Of a stretch of DNA of 64,000 nt, positions 36,500 through 48,363 are shown one piece after another. Each line of letters opens with the position of its first letter. Position 1 is the first letter of the stretch. A program made the position numbers and the translations under genes. The notes beneath the pieces are model-generated. The model did no database searches and was not told the origin of the DNA. It saw only the letters and a program-made list of their open reading frames with translations. This DNA comes from Pseudovirgaria hyperparasitica (taxonomy: Eukaryota), in NCBI GenBank assembly GCA_010093815.1, contig ML996574.1; one strand, written 5' to 3'.

Positions 36500-37193
36500 G
36501 GCAGGCGCTCTGTATACAATTCTTCACATATTTTCTGTACGACTGGTAGGGCAAATGTATATGGGTTCATTTTTGTCGCTTCTGAGGGCTGCTGTTGAGA
36601 ATAACTCGAGACACCATCTGCTTTCCCGATACTGTTGATCGAGCTATACGTTGTCAACATGTTCTAACACAGTCTTTCTAAACGATTAGTCGAACAAGCA
36701 AGGTGCGGAGCCTGGTACTTTGGCTTTACATTGGTGCCGATAGCTCTTGCATTCTATCCTATGATCCCAAAGATCTTCCCTTCAACCAGTGATGCGTCTA
36801 GAGAGTATTTTGATCTGGAAGACGCTTACGGCGAGAAGACCTTATCAGTGAACGCTAAGATGACATGGTGTAGATACTAATACATTTACGGTACTTGTAT
36901 AGAAGTGACTATGTATCAGAGGAAATCTACGGCGTTTCCACGTGAAAATACAATTTTGCAACGTTTTCTGCGAATATACACTTCCAAACAGCCTTAAAAA
37001 TACTGATATCTTAATTAATGCCTCAGGCACAATATATTCTAACTAGTGGCCAGCGCCAAGATTTCATCCCACTTACACCAAAAAAACGACCCACCACGTT
37101 GAATTGTCGCTTCCGTCGGCGCGACACAATCTCATACTGCGACAAGTCCCGAACTACCGAAGCCCTCCCTATCACCCGCACATATCAGTCGCC

Positions 37194-38572
37194 ATGCCTG
37201 GAATTACGAACACCTTGATGATCGAAGGCTCCTTCGAGGAACTTGTCGAAGAACTCGCACAGTACATCGATGCCCTGAAGAGAACGGCAGGAGAGGAAAG
37301 CCCGTCAACACAATCAGAATGCGTGGCGTTACTGAAAGAAGCCGGAAAGCAGGATGAAGTATTGAAAAAGCTGGTGGGCGCAAGCGTGGCACTCAACACG
37401 GCGCCAGAGAAGGGTATGTGATCGCAGATAAGGCCTTGAACGATACCTAATAGCTAACGCGTCTAGAATTCATTGCTGCGTACAACCTGCTCGTCCACGT
37501 CATCAGACAATCCGAGAACCAAAACATGTTCCTTTCCAGAGTCTGCCAAAATCTTTCCTCTGCGCCGATCTCGTCATCACCCGCAAATGGCACAAGTCTC
37601 GCCCTCTCAGTTCTTACCACAATCTTCAACACCCTACAGCCCGATAATGATAGCAGATACCACGTCTTCTTCGCCATTCTCCGAGTTATCCGTGCCAGTG
37701 GCAACTTCGAAACTGTCCAGCCGCAATTAAAGAACCTCGAGGCATGGTTGAACCAATGGGAGATGGACGAGGAGGACCAGCGAAAACTATACCTCACAGT
37801 CGTGGACATCGCTCAAGACGCAGGCGAGGACGAGGAGGCCTACCAGTACCTTGTAAAAGCGCTCCGAACCATCCCAGCAGATGAAGCATCCGACGAAGAG
37901 GCCCGTGCTCTCTCCCTACGCGCTCTCAAGTCCGCTCTTACCCACCCGACGCACTACGATTTCCAAGACCTTATTGCTCTCGATAGCATACAAGCTCTAC
38001 GGAATTCAGACCCAGTTTACTCCCAACTCCTTGAAATCTTCAACGCTGAACTCCTTGACGACTACAATGACTTCAAGGACGAACACGACGGCTGGCTCGA
38101 GGCCGAAAAGCTGGATACTCAGGCCCTGAACCGCAAAATGCGCCTCCTGACCCTCGCATCGCTCGCTGCATCCGCTGGACAGAGCCGCTCACTAGCCTAC
38201 GCTCACATTGCAAAGGGCCTGCAGATCCCCCTTGAGGATGTAGAGATGTGGGTTATCGACGTTATCCGCGCGGGACTTGTCGAGGGCAAACTCTCCCAGC
38301 TAACTCAGACTTTCCTCATTCACCGCAGCACATACCGCGTTTTCACAGAAAACCAGTGGCGCGAGGTTGCTAGCCGTCTGGACATGTGGCGGAATAGCTT
38401 GACGGGTGTGTTAGAGGTCATCCGAAACGAGAAGGCCAACTTCATTCAGCAACGCGAGGCAGAGGCTAGGGAGACGGAGAACAAGGTTAATGGTTCAAGT
38501 GGGAGAAGAGGACCGAGGAGGGATAACAGGGACGGTGGCGTGCAGCCACAGACTGCTGATTTGGATGACTAA
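37194..38572 (+). CDS. Translation initiation factor eIF3 subunit M (PCI domain); exons 37194-37413, 37467-38572
   Basis: TLMIEGSFEELVEELAQYID, APEKE|FIAAYNLL, RKMRLLTLASLA, VEMWVIDVIRAGLVEGKLSQ, IHRSTYRVF. Confidence 0.93.
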
Positions 38573-38745
38573 GGGTCTTCTTTGGCTTTGGAGTCAGGCG
38601 GTCAGTATGCAGTTCACATTGCACATAGTTTGTAGGCAATATGAATGAGATGGTAACATCGAGGCCTCTACATAGGCAAGTAGCTATCAAAGCCCCGATA
38701 TCTTACATTCCTCCCGTCCTCATTTGTCGAAGAATCCGGACCGTG

Positions 38746-38907
38746 CTACTTTGTACCCGAGGCCGTGCATTGAATGCATCTCGCATGCCCGCAACCGACT
38801 TTGACGCAGTCTGGGGAGGTCCCAGAGTTCGATTTCCGGCATCTGCAGCATTGCCACACGGCTGAGGCTTTTGTCGGCCAAGCCCTGCTTCCGAGTCTTT
38901 TGTCCAT
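38746..38907 (-). CDS. 53-aa Cys-rich zinc-ribbon-like microprotein
   Basis: MDKRLGSRAWPTKASAVWQCCRCRKSNSGTSPDCVKVGCGHARCIQCTASGTK; TATATAAA on the minus strand at 39062-69 and a CA-rich leader. Confidence 0.6.
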   Translation of the reverse strand: MDKRLGSRAWPTKASAVWQCCRCRKSNSGTSPDCVKVGCGHARCIQCTASGTK

Positions 38908-39591
38908 CGTGAATTGTGTTGGTTGTTGTGTTGATTGTGGGGTTTGGTATAGTGGTATGAGTGTTTGGTTGTTAGATTTGAAAGCTGATTGCATTACTTG
39001 TAGATTGGAGATGTTTGGTGTGGAGAATGAAAGCAGTTTCAGTCCTCTAGCAGGAGAAGTATTTATATAAAAAGAAATTGATAGGTAAAGGGGTCTGACA
39101 GACAGCGACGCACTGTTGGTCCCTGAACAGTAGGATTTACACGTATAGTAATGCGATTCTGGAGGCATACTGCGCGTTTATTTACTAACTGGAGTATGGG
39201 GTAGGAGGTATGCTTCACTGAATAGAGCAGTTCGTTGTGGTCCAACAGCGGAGTGGAATGTGTTAGAAGCATTTCATGGCCAGGGATAATACTTTGAAGG
39301 AGCTCCACTTGGATGAACGAGTTCATACGTGGTATTGTGTATTTATGACATGGTGCTTCTCCTAGTTTCATAATGATGGCTTGATGGAAAGTCGGGGCCC
39401 TCCACTGGAAGAAACTAGTTCACAAGTCCGTGACGGAGGACATGTAGGAACTATGGCTGTCAAATAGTTTACGTCGTAGGCATTTAACTCGATTGGCAAT
39501 TGATTTGATGCTTGGATTTGAATTGGTAATGTTTGATTGGATGTATTAGGCAAGTCACCGAACCGTATGTCTTCCGATCATTTAATACGCG

Positions 39592-39774
39592 TTATTTAAC
39601 CTCAACTTTGTCCTTGTCCTCTTCGTTGACCTTCTCCTTGTCTTTCTCTTGGACGTTGACCTTGTCGCCGTCCTTGTCCTCTAAAGCCTTCTTGGTGTTA
39701 TAGGTGACACATGCACCGCGTTCGCCCATGATGCGTCATTTACAGCCATCGCATTTCCATACTGTATATGCTAT
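39592..39774 (-). pseudogene. Probable disrupted small zinc-finger gene (RanBP2-like pattern)
   Basis: Frame reads (ATA)AYTVWKCDGCK*RIMGERGACVT(Y)NTKK followed by a K/D/E-rich tail; TGA at 39736-38. Confidence 0.4.
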
Positions 39775-40153
39775 GATATACCGTGTGTTTGGCGTATTTG
39801 GTGTCTTTAGTAAGAAGGATATGGTGTGTTATTGTGAGGAAGCGATGTTTTGATGAGACGAATGATAAAGGGGCTCTGATGTGCTAGTGCTGGAATTGTT
39901 TGCATGCTGGTTGAATCTTTTACAGAAACTGAAGATATTCGATGATGCAAAGGTACAATCTCCAAGGTGTCTCTCATGTACTTGTTTATACAAAAGGTAA
40001 CTTAACAGAGAAGCCTTCTGTTAGCCTGAAAGAAATCTGTCTCTGTCATCATCACTGTTAGCATGACAGTCTCATAAGAGTTATAAAGGGTGATGAATGA
40101 CCTATTCTTTGTGGCAGTAGTGACAGTATGCTACACCATGCCTTGGTGCTGCG

Positions 40154-40555
40154 CTAGAAAGCCTCACATGCTTCGCAGATTGCGTGGTCACAGCTGTCCT
40201 TGCCATAGTCGCGATCTTTCTTCCAGAAGCACCAGCAGCATTTCGACATCTCCCAAGACTGAAGCTTCGGGTCTTGGAGGTTGGACTCTGGAACTCTGGC
40301 ATCCTGGGACTGCTGAGGATGGTGCTTCTTGGACGGGGTCTTCTTGGAAGGGGTCTTCTTGGAGGGCGTCTTCTTGTGATGAGGCTTTGCGGGCTGCATG
40401 GTAGGTGTTTTAATCTCTGGTTCGTCCATGTTTAGATCCGCGAATGAGCGTAGGATGATGGAGTCGATAACTTGTTGTGCGTAGATCTGGAGGGGGGTTC
40501 GAGGGTCAATATATCGTGTAGTGGGCTTTGAGACGGGAGTGGTGTTAGTGATCAT
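40154..40555 (-). CDS. Hypothetical protein with (KKTPS)3 repeat and C-terminal Cys/His cluster
   Basis: KKTPSKKTPSKKTPSKK; SWEMSKCCWC...CDHAICEAC resembles the motif in 38746-38907. Confidence 0.5.
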   Translation of the reverse strand: MITNTTPVSKPTTRYIDPRTPLQIYAQQVIDSIILRSFADLNMDEPEIKTPTMQPAKPHHKKTPSKKTPSKKTPSKKHHPQQSQDARVPESNLQDPKLQSWEMSKCCWCFWKKDRDYGKDSCDHAICEACEAF

Positions 40556-40817
40556 TGTTTGGTCTGGCAGGGGAAGCGAGGATCTTTGTGAAGGAAAGGG
40601 GATGTTACAGTGAAGACTCAAACCACATGGGCAGCTATTGTTGACGTGAAGCGAATTTTGATAGCACTAGCTTCTCTCGGTGATTAGCATGCCTGGAGTG
40701 TACAATGATACAGCCTTGTTTTAATCATAGGACCCTTAATTACAGTATCAAATTCTACCTAGAAGTCGTATCACTACAAACAAGTCGCTGACTGTAACCC
40801 AACCCCGGTACCCCATA

Positions 40818-41123
40818 TCAAAGACCTTCCTCCTTAGCAAACTCATCAAGTTCCTCCTGGTTAAACTGTGTGACGAGTCAATCAACAGGTAAATATCCTT
40901 TTTTTCATACAGCCATACCACCCAGTCTTCATCATCATCATCCTTATCCTCTTCTTTGCTGTCCTCGGCGTCATTTTCCTGTTTATTCGACTATTAACAG
41001 ACAGCTCTCTTTTTACCTCCCGAGCCGAATGATTCGGTCTCAGCCTATTGGAAATTCCGCTAAAGTACTTACGACAGACTCTTCTCCATCCTCAGAGCTA
41101 GCCTCATTCTCGTCCTTAGACAT
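40818..41123 (-). CDS. Predicted three-exon 52-aa highly acidic peptide; exons 41123-41073, 40978-40919, 40865-40818
   Basis: MSKDENEASSEDGEESV|ENDAEDSKEEDKDDDDEDWV|FNQEELDEFAKEEGL*; phase-0 introns GTAAGT...CAG (94 nt) and GTATGG...CAG (53 nt); TATATAAA ~145 nt upstream. Confidence 0.55.
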
Positions 41124-43079
41124 AGCCACCGTTTGGTTCAAGTTGCTGGGGCTTATTTGATCTTGTAAAAGTCGGATACTTATACTCAATGATCGATAGA
41201 AGAAAAGGTCGAAGAGCTATTGTGAGTAGTAGGGTATATGGAAAGTGGTAAGAGATCTCCGGAAGTTTATATATGGAGGCCTTAATTTATGTGTTGCTGT
41301 TAAAACAATACATCCACGACACACTATACGCTACCTGCTAATCATCAACGTAAGGATGTTGACACGTAGTACGTACGAGCTTCGATACCGCAAAATGATC
41401 GAAGGAATCGAATACGTAGGACCATGGATAATGTCATTATAAGCAGAGTGTGCCTTGTTACTCGCCTCCTTCGAGTTTGTCTGTAGCATTTAATTAGCTG
41501 CCATCATAACTTAGAATGTACGTGTATCCAACCGCTACGAGCATGGCATACATATCTCTCATGCTAATTATGCTCATAGAAAACAGGCTGAGCCATCACC
41601 CAACAAGCGTTCTTGAAGCACTACCTTGCCCCCTCCCTCTTAACGCATTCGTATCTTTTCTCACATTCGATCTCAGCCAACGGAAAGATCTTCACGAGAC
41701 CGACATTGTCTACCAAATTATGCAGTCTGTCAAGAGAGTATGACTCATGAGTCCAATATTTGCGATTACATACCGAACGAAGCACGAAACCCGGCGCCTT
41801 GAAGTAATGAATGTATTGGGTGTGCTCCCACTCTTACTAGAAGAAGAATTATCAGATTTAGGCATAATGGAAAGATCTCAAGAGGCAAACCCGAGCAATG
41901 TGATAGGGCTTGGTATATGAATGAATACATGAAAAGGGGTAAACAAATGACGAATTTTATAGCAGCTGCAAGTTATCCAAATAGCTTGGAATAAGCATTG
42001 GTGTCACATATTGTATGACTTGGAAGTTAGCAAGAGCATATAGATTCCCTAGGAAGATAACATCTATGGGTCTCCTTGGTGGTTTTCGTGTTCCTTGACT
42101 CTACGGCAACACATTTAGAAGAAGTTCACATTCACATAATTCAATGGGGACCAAGCAAATTTAATCGTAGCGGTCGAGTCTCGTTTGAAGACATACCACT
42201 ATGTATTATGAGCGTCACATGTTTGATCGTCGCATAGATCTAATCATGTACCATTCTGTGTGAGATGTTATGAGCTCCATCGAGAATTATGGCGTATCTT
42301 GTGGGTCGTTTCTCGAATGTCCGGTTTCGAAATTGACCTTTGTCAAAGCATTAGCATTGCGACTCTATAGAATCAAAGGCATAGAAGTGTGACCCTGTGT
42401 CCTGGATAGCTAGGTGATGGGAATGCGCTCACGCTTCAAAGCCTCTGAGGCAATATTCAGGGGGTGTTCTAAAATGATACCGGGGTACTGCTGAGTAAGC
42501 TACATTTATCACTCCTTAGAACAGAAGAAAGCATGCATTGTATCTACGGAGCAGTCGCACTCCACGAATAATGATCATACGCAGCCAACATGTTTGGCTA
42601 TCTATCTATCTGCTGCGTAGCATGCTCCACTAGTATGACCCTACCTTGACTATGGATCCAACGACGAACTATCAGTACTCCGCATGCCTCGATAAGGCAG
42701 CCTATCGGCGTGTTTACCGGCTCGATGAGTGTTGATAAGGACTTTAGGATGAACAGTCACCACGGCTGTTACATATCCACATACTGCAGTATTCCTGAGT
42801 TCGACCCAATTATCCACCCCTTGCTGGATGACCCTGTTCTGTCGACATACTTGATGGACGTCATGGCCGTGCCTTCCCCGCATTATGCATGTGGCTCTGC
42901 TCGAACCTTGAGACATTTGTAGCAAAGCGGCAACACGAGTCTACCATGATGATTGTCTTGTCACTTGCCACTATATCATTAGCTCCTTCCAACATCCACT
43001 TTGGTACTACCACCACTTCGAAATCTATCAGAAGACCCTTTGCTCAAGTTTCAATCGTATCCAGCTACTAATTTTGGCG

Positions 43080-46000
43080 ATGAAGGATACAGCGGTTGCA
43101 GTGAAAGTATACACCATCGGTGTAGATGTCGGTGGGACTTTCACAGATGCAGCGTGCTTTTCGCCCAAAGGTCGCACCTACAGGGCAAAGGTACCATCGA
43201 CTCCTCAAGATCAGTCAATCGGGGTCAAAGAGGCTGTGCGAAAGATCAAAGATATTGTGAGACGGGAAGATGGATTCGTAGGTCGTTTTACTTCCTTACA
43301 CCATGGGACGACTGTGGCAACCAATGCTATACTGGAGAACAAGATCATTCCTGCGGCACTGATTGTCACAGCTGGACATAAGGATGTGCTCTCAGCGCGG
43401 AGAAGCCAAATACCTGGAGGGCTAGCGGCATGGATTGGCTTCATGCCTCCAGATCCACTGATTCCTCTGGAGAATACCATCCAGTGCAGGGAAAGAATCG
43501 GAGCTGATGGGGAGATTGTCTTACCCGTCGATAGGTCTGCACTGAAACAGGACCTTGAAAGTATCAGAGGCAAGATTAAGGCTGTTACTATCAGCCTACT
43601 CAACAGCTATGTTGATGGGCGCCATGAAAAAGAAGTTGCTGGTGTTGTGCGCGAGGTGTTTGGAGAATCAGTCGACATCATAATGTCTCATGAAGTACTT
43701 CCCGAGGCTGGCGAATACGAACGTACTGTTACCGCAGCGGCAAATACAGTCATCAGACCTGAAGTTTCTCGCTACTTGGATGGTCTCAAGAAGAATCTTT
43801 CACAAGAAATTGAGACGACACGTCTTCTCAAGAGCGATGGAGGCCTCACCCACCCTGATTGGGCGTCGATGCTTCCCGTCAATATCCTCATGTCTGGACC
43901 CGCAGGAGGAGTCCGTGGCGTTACGTCTGTCATATCGCAAGCCACGGAATATAAGAACCTGATCACGCTAGACATGGGTGGTACATCCACAGACGTTGCA
44001 CTCATCGCATCGGCTGATCCTTCGATCCGCCGTGAGACAAAAGTTGGGAATCTCACTGTACGCGCTCCATGTATTGACGTTCGAACGATTGGTGCAGGGG
44101 GAGGAAGTTTGGCAATCTACCAGCCTCTAACATCGACTCTGCGAGTCGGACCAGAATCGTCTGGAGCCAGACCTGGCCCTGCGTGTTACAAAAAAGGCGG
44201 AACCCAAGCCACAGTGACTGATGCGAACGCCGTCCTTGGCTATCTTCCGCAAAAGCTACTTGGTGGTGATTTCGAGCTTGACATTGAAGCCGCGAGGACA
44301 GCAGTAGGCAATCTTGCGAAAACAATGAACCAGACTACGATCAAGACAGCTGAAGATATCGTGAATCTCGCCAATGAGAACATGTTTGGAGCTCTTCGTT
44401 TAGTATCAGTTGAACAGGGTTACAACCCTGCTGACTTCGCGCTGGTCGCCTTCGGAGGAGCAGGACCTTTGCACGCAAATGCTCTGGGGAAGTTGATTGG
44501 AGCTTGGCCAGTGATTGTGCCTGTATCACCAGGCATTCTCTGCGCGCAAGGCGACGCGACGACCAAAATGGGCCATGAGATGTCTCTCGCTTTCATTCGG
44601 TTGCTGGCTGATCTCACGAAAGAAGCTTTGATAGGAGAATTCATGCGACTCAGAAAGGACTGTACGGCTATTATGTCAAAACAGCTGGACACACCAGACC
44701 CTGTACTATCGATTAAGTACCAGGCAGATGTGCGCTATCATGGCCAGCAGCTTGATTTGACTATCTCGCTGGTTGATTCTGATTTGGAGGGCAGTATGAA
44801 GGACATCAGTGACAAAATCCTGACCAAGTTCGAGAAGATACATGAGCAAAACTTTTCTTATACCATGCCTGGGTTTAAGCTTGAGATTACTCGACTCGGT
44901 GTTGTGGCAACTGATGCGTCACCAGATATCGAGACGCCAAGAATTGCTCATGGGGAAGGTGGAAGCCCACCCGATACTGCTATCATTGAGAAGAAGATCA
45001 TCATTGTCGATAGTGTGGAGCATGAGGCAACGTTCTGGGATCGATCGGCTATCACAAGGTTTGGATGGAAGGTTCAAGGACCATGCGTGGTTGTTGAGAT
45101 GGACTCCAATACACTCATTCGTAAGTATTTATCCTATCCTATAGAGTACTTCCTATCTAGTGTTCTGGTTCTCTATAGAGCTTTATGAGTCTAATGTGTG
45201 ATCAGATCCTGGTTATGAAGCGGTAGTTGACCTGGTCGGTAATTTGTGCATTTCGCCTTCAGAAAAAGCTAAAGACACTGGCTTCGATGAGAACAAGACA
45301 TCGGAGAGCGACACTGATAGTAGAGCTGACGCGCTGAGATACCTCGAAAGTAACCCGACATTGCCCACTCTTGTCCAAGCATCCCTCGCAGCGATCAGAG
45401 CAGAGATGGACACGCTAATGTTGCGATGCAGCATGTCTCCTGCTGTTCGAGAACAACAAGACGAGTTCAATGTTATCACTAACCCACGTGGTCAGATGCT
45501 AGTTGGCCAATTTGGCTCCTTTGTTGGGTCTTTCCTGGAAGTATGGGCGGACAAAGTTGCTGCAGGGGACGCGGACGAGATCCGAGAGGGAGATGTTTTT
45601 ATTACTAACGATGTGTACGAAGTTAGAGGTCCCGTGAGTCATCTCAATGACGTGATCATCCTTCTGCCAATATGGTTCAAGCACGAGATCGTTGGCTGGG
45701 CAGCTAACTTCGCCCATATGAGTGACATGCAAGGGCAGGTGCCTGGAAGCATGAGCATCAATGCAACCTCAATATACGCGGATGGTCTACAAATCCCTTG
45801 CATGAAGCTTTATGATCGAGGTCGATATAATAGAGACATCATCAACCTTGTCGCAAGGAACTGTCGACAAGCGGATTGGCTTCGTTCCGATCTGAGCGCA
45901 CTACTGGCGGCATGTCGGACTGCTGCAAAACGCGTGGAAGAAATGTGTGATCGTTTTGGCAAAGATGTTTACCTAGCGGCTACGGATGTGCTACTCGAAC

Positions 46001-47359
46001 GAAATCGTGTTGCAATTGCAAAGCTCATTGAGGAAAAGATGAGCGATGAACCAAGCACTTTCACAGACTTTGTTGATGATGATGGTCACGGTAACGGTCC
46101 CTTCGCTTTGGTGTGCACGCTACAGAAAGAGGCTGGGAAGTTGATATTCGACTGGAACGGCACATCGCCGCAGGCCGCCAGTAGTATCAATTTCTACCTG
46201 AGTGAAACCATGTTCAAGATGTTTGTTGGGTACGTCACATATTTCAGCTCATTGAATCCCTCGAGTCTGACTTTCATATCATAGGTATTATCTTCTAGCG
46301 GTGTACGATCCCTACACTGTTGTGAACGACGGCTTCCATGATCTACTCGACATCAGGATTCCTCTTGGCTCTGTTTTGAAACCTGTCCGTCCCGCCGCGC
46401 TATCATGTCGCACCCACTTTCTCGGTCGTGTGATGGATGTTATGCAAGCTCTCTTCGGCCAGCGTGACCCAGCATACTTAACGGCTGCTGGCTTCTCAGA
46501 TTCTCCGCACTTCTTCTATTCTGGCTTCAAATCATCTGGCGAATGGTTCCAACTCTACCAGATTGCCTTTGGTGGTGTGCCTGCAAGGCCAAAAGGTGAT
46601 GGCTTAGACTGCCACTGTCTGTTCCCAGCGATCAAGAGTGTGCCTACTGAGCTGATTGAAATCAACTATCCTGTTAGACTGGAAGTAAATGAGGCTGTGG
46701 CCGACTCTGGTGGTGCAGGCTACTATAGAGGAGGAAATGCGCAACGAACTTGCTATCGTTTCTTAAGTCGAGGCGAATTCAGCCTTCATGATGATCGGTG
46801 GTACACCAGGCCATGGGGCGCCAAGGGGGGAAAACCCGGAATGAGAAGTCGCAAAACATTGCATCGCACAGAAAAAGATGGTATTATTTCTAGTATCAAA
46901 CTACCCAGCAAGTGCGATCATGTCACTGTGAACCCAGGAGATCTGCTCGAATGGGTTACTTGGGGTGGCGGAGGCCTCGGTGACCCCTTGCAACGACCAG
47001 CAGAAGTAGTTGCACTAGAAGTAAGAAGAAAACTCGTGAGCGTCAAAGGAGCCAAGGAACATTATGGTGTTATTATCAATGAATCGTTAGACAAGACCGT
47101 CGACGAGGCTGCTACTCAGAAACTTAGAGCAACAATGACGACAATCAAATTGGAAGAGCTTGGCGACAAAGAGGCTGTTCTATATGACAGAGGTGGTACT
47201 TTGGAGGAGATGGTAGAGCGATGTGAGGCAGAGACGGGTTTTCGCGCACCAAAGCCACAATGGGAGGAAGATCCATATGGTCCTCATGTGGGTATTACGT
47301 ATGTACAAGAGTGGTTCACTAAGATGCGAAAGGAGAAGTTCGCGGCGTGGAAGCTATAG
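43080..47359 (+). CDS. Fused hydantoinase A/B (5-oxoprolinase family, ATP-dependent cyclic amide hydrolase); exons 43080-45120, 45206-46229, 46285-47359
   Basis: GVDVGGTFTD, HGTTVATNA, SGPAGG, DMGGTSTDV, IGAGGGS, FGGAGPLHA in the A half; SPAVREQQD, SHLND, HMSD, SGGAG.YRGG, GGGGLGDP in the B half. Confidence 0.93.
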
Positions 47360-48363
47360 TGATTCAATAGCATGACGTATGCAAGCTGGCAATGATAAGA
47401 TTAGTTCGAACTTACTTGTACCTTGACCATTAGGTCAATTCCATCATTTTCGTTATGCTACTGCAATATCCGTACTGGAGCAACATTACCTAAAGCGGCT
47501 AGAGGCACAGACCACGGCTTCAAGTGTGATGGATAGGATTCAGGGGTAATTCTATAGATTGAGCCCACTCTGGGCGCAAACAGCCCCCTGGTCACGAATG
47601 GAAGCCATGGTAATGTTCAAGAGAAGTGTCCACGCATGCATGTTAATGCTCCTGATGCTACAACCCCGATCTTTGTATATGAGACCATCCATCATAGACG
47701 ATCATAGATCGATTAGCTATGTCATGTATACAGATACTAAGACGCAGTCAGCTCGATAGGTCTAGTTATTGTCTATCCCCAGGACAAGACACGCCTACAG
47801 AAATTAGCTATAACTTTTCTCATTCTCGACCACTTAGCGAGACGGCCATCGCATCCTAGAGCCACTTTCACAGGCGCTAGTTGCATACTCGTCATCGCAG
47901 TTAGCAACCTTGGAATGATAAGCTTCCGGCTAGAAGAAGCATACGAAGGATGCACATCAGTGGTTGAATCGGTGGATCGCAAGCTGGAGCTATCATAGTT
48001 TGGAGCAGCTTTCACGCGTCGTTCTCGCCGAAACATATACATTGACCAGCATAGTTGTTTTCATCCGTTGGAGACGTCTTGGTCTATCCCTCGGTTGTTT
48101 GTCTAATGCAGAGCTAGCTAGACAACTACGAGAGATTCGTCAGCCTTCTCGGGCTGACTCAATCGTCGGACATAGGTTAGCGCCGAAATCCTACCATCCC
48201 CGAGAGACACTGCTCTTTCTTTCTCTATACGAGATTATCTCGTCTACAGTCCAATTGACTATCTGTAGGCACGATTTGGGATCATCCTCGCCTATCACAA
48301 GACTGATCTGATAAGATGTGATGGGCGCGCTAGTCCTCGTCACAGGTCTCATATCCATCCGCG

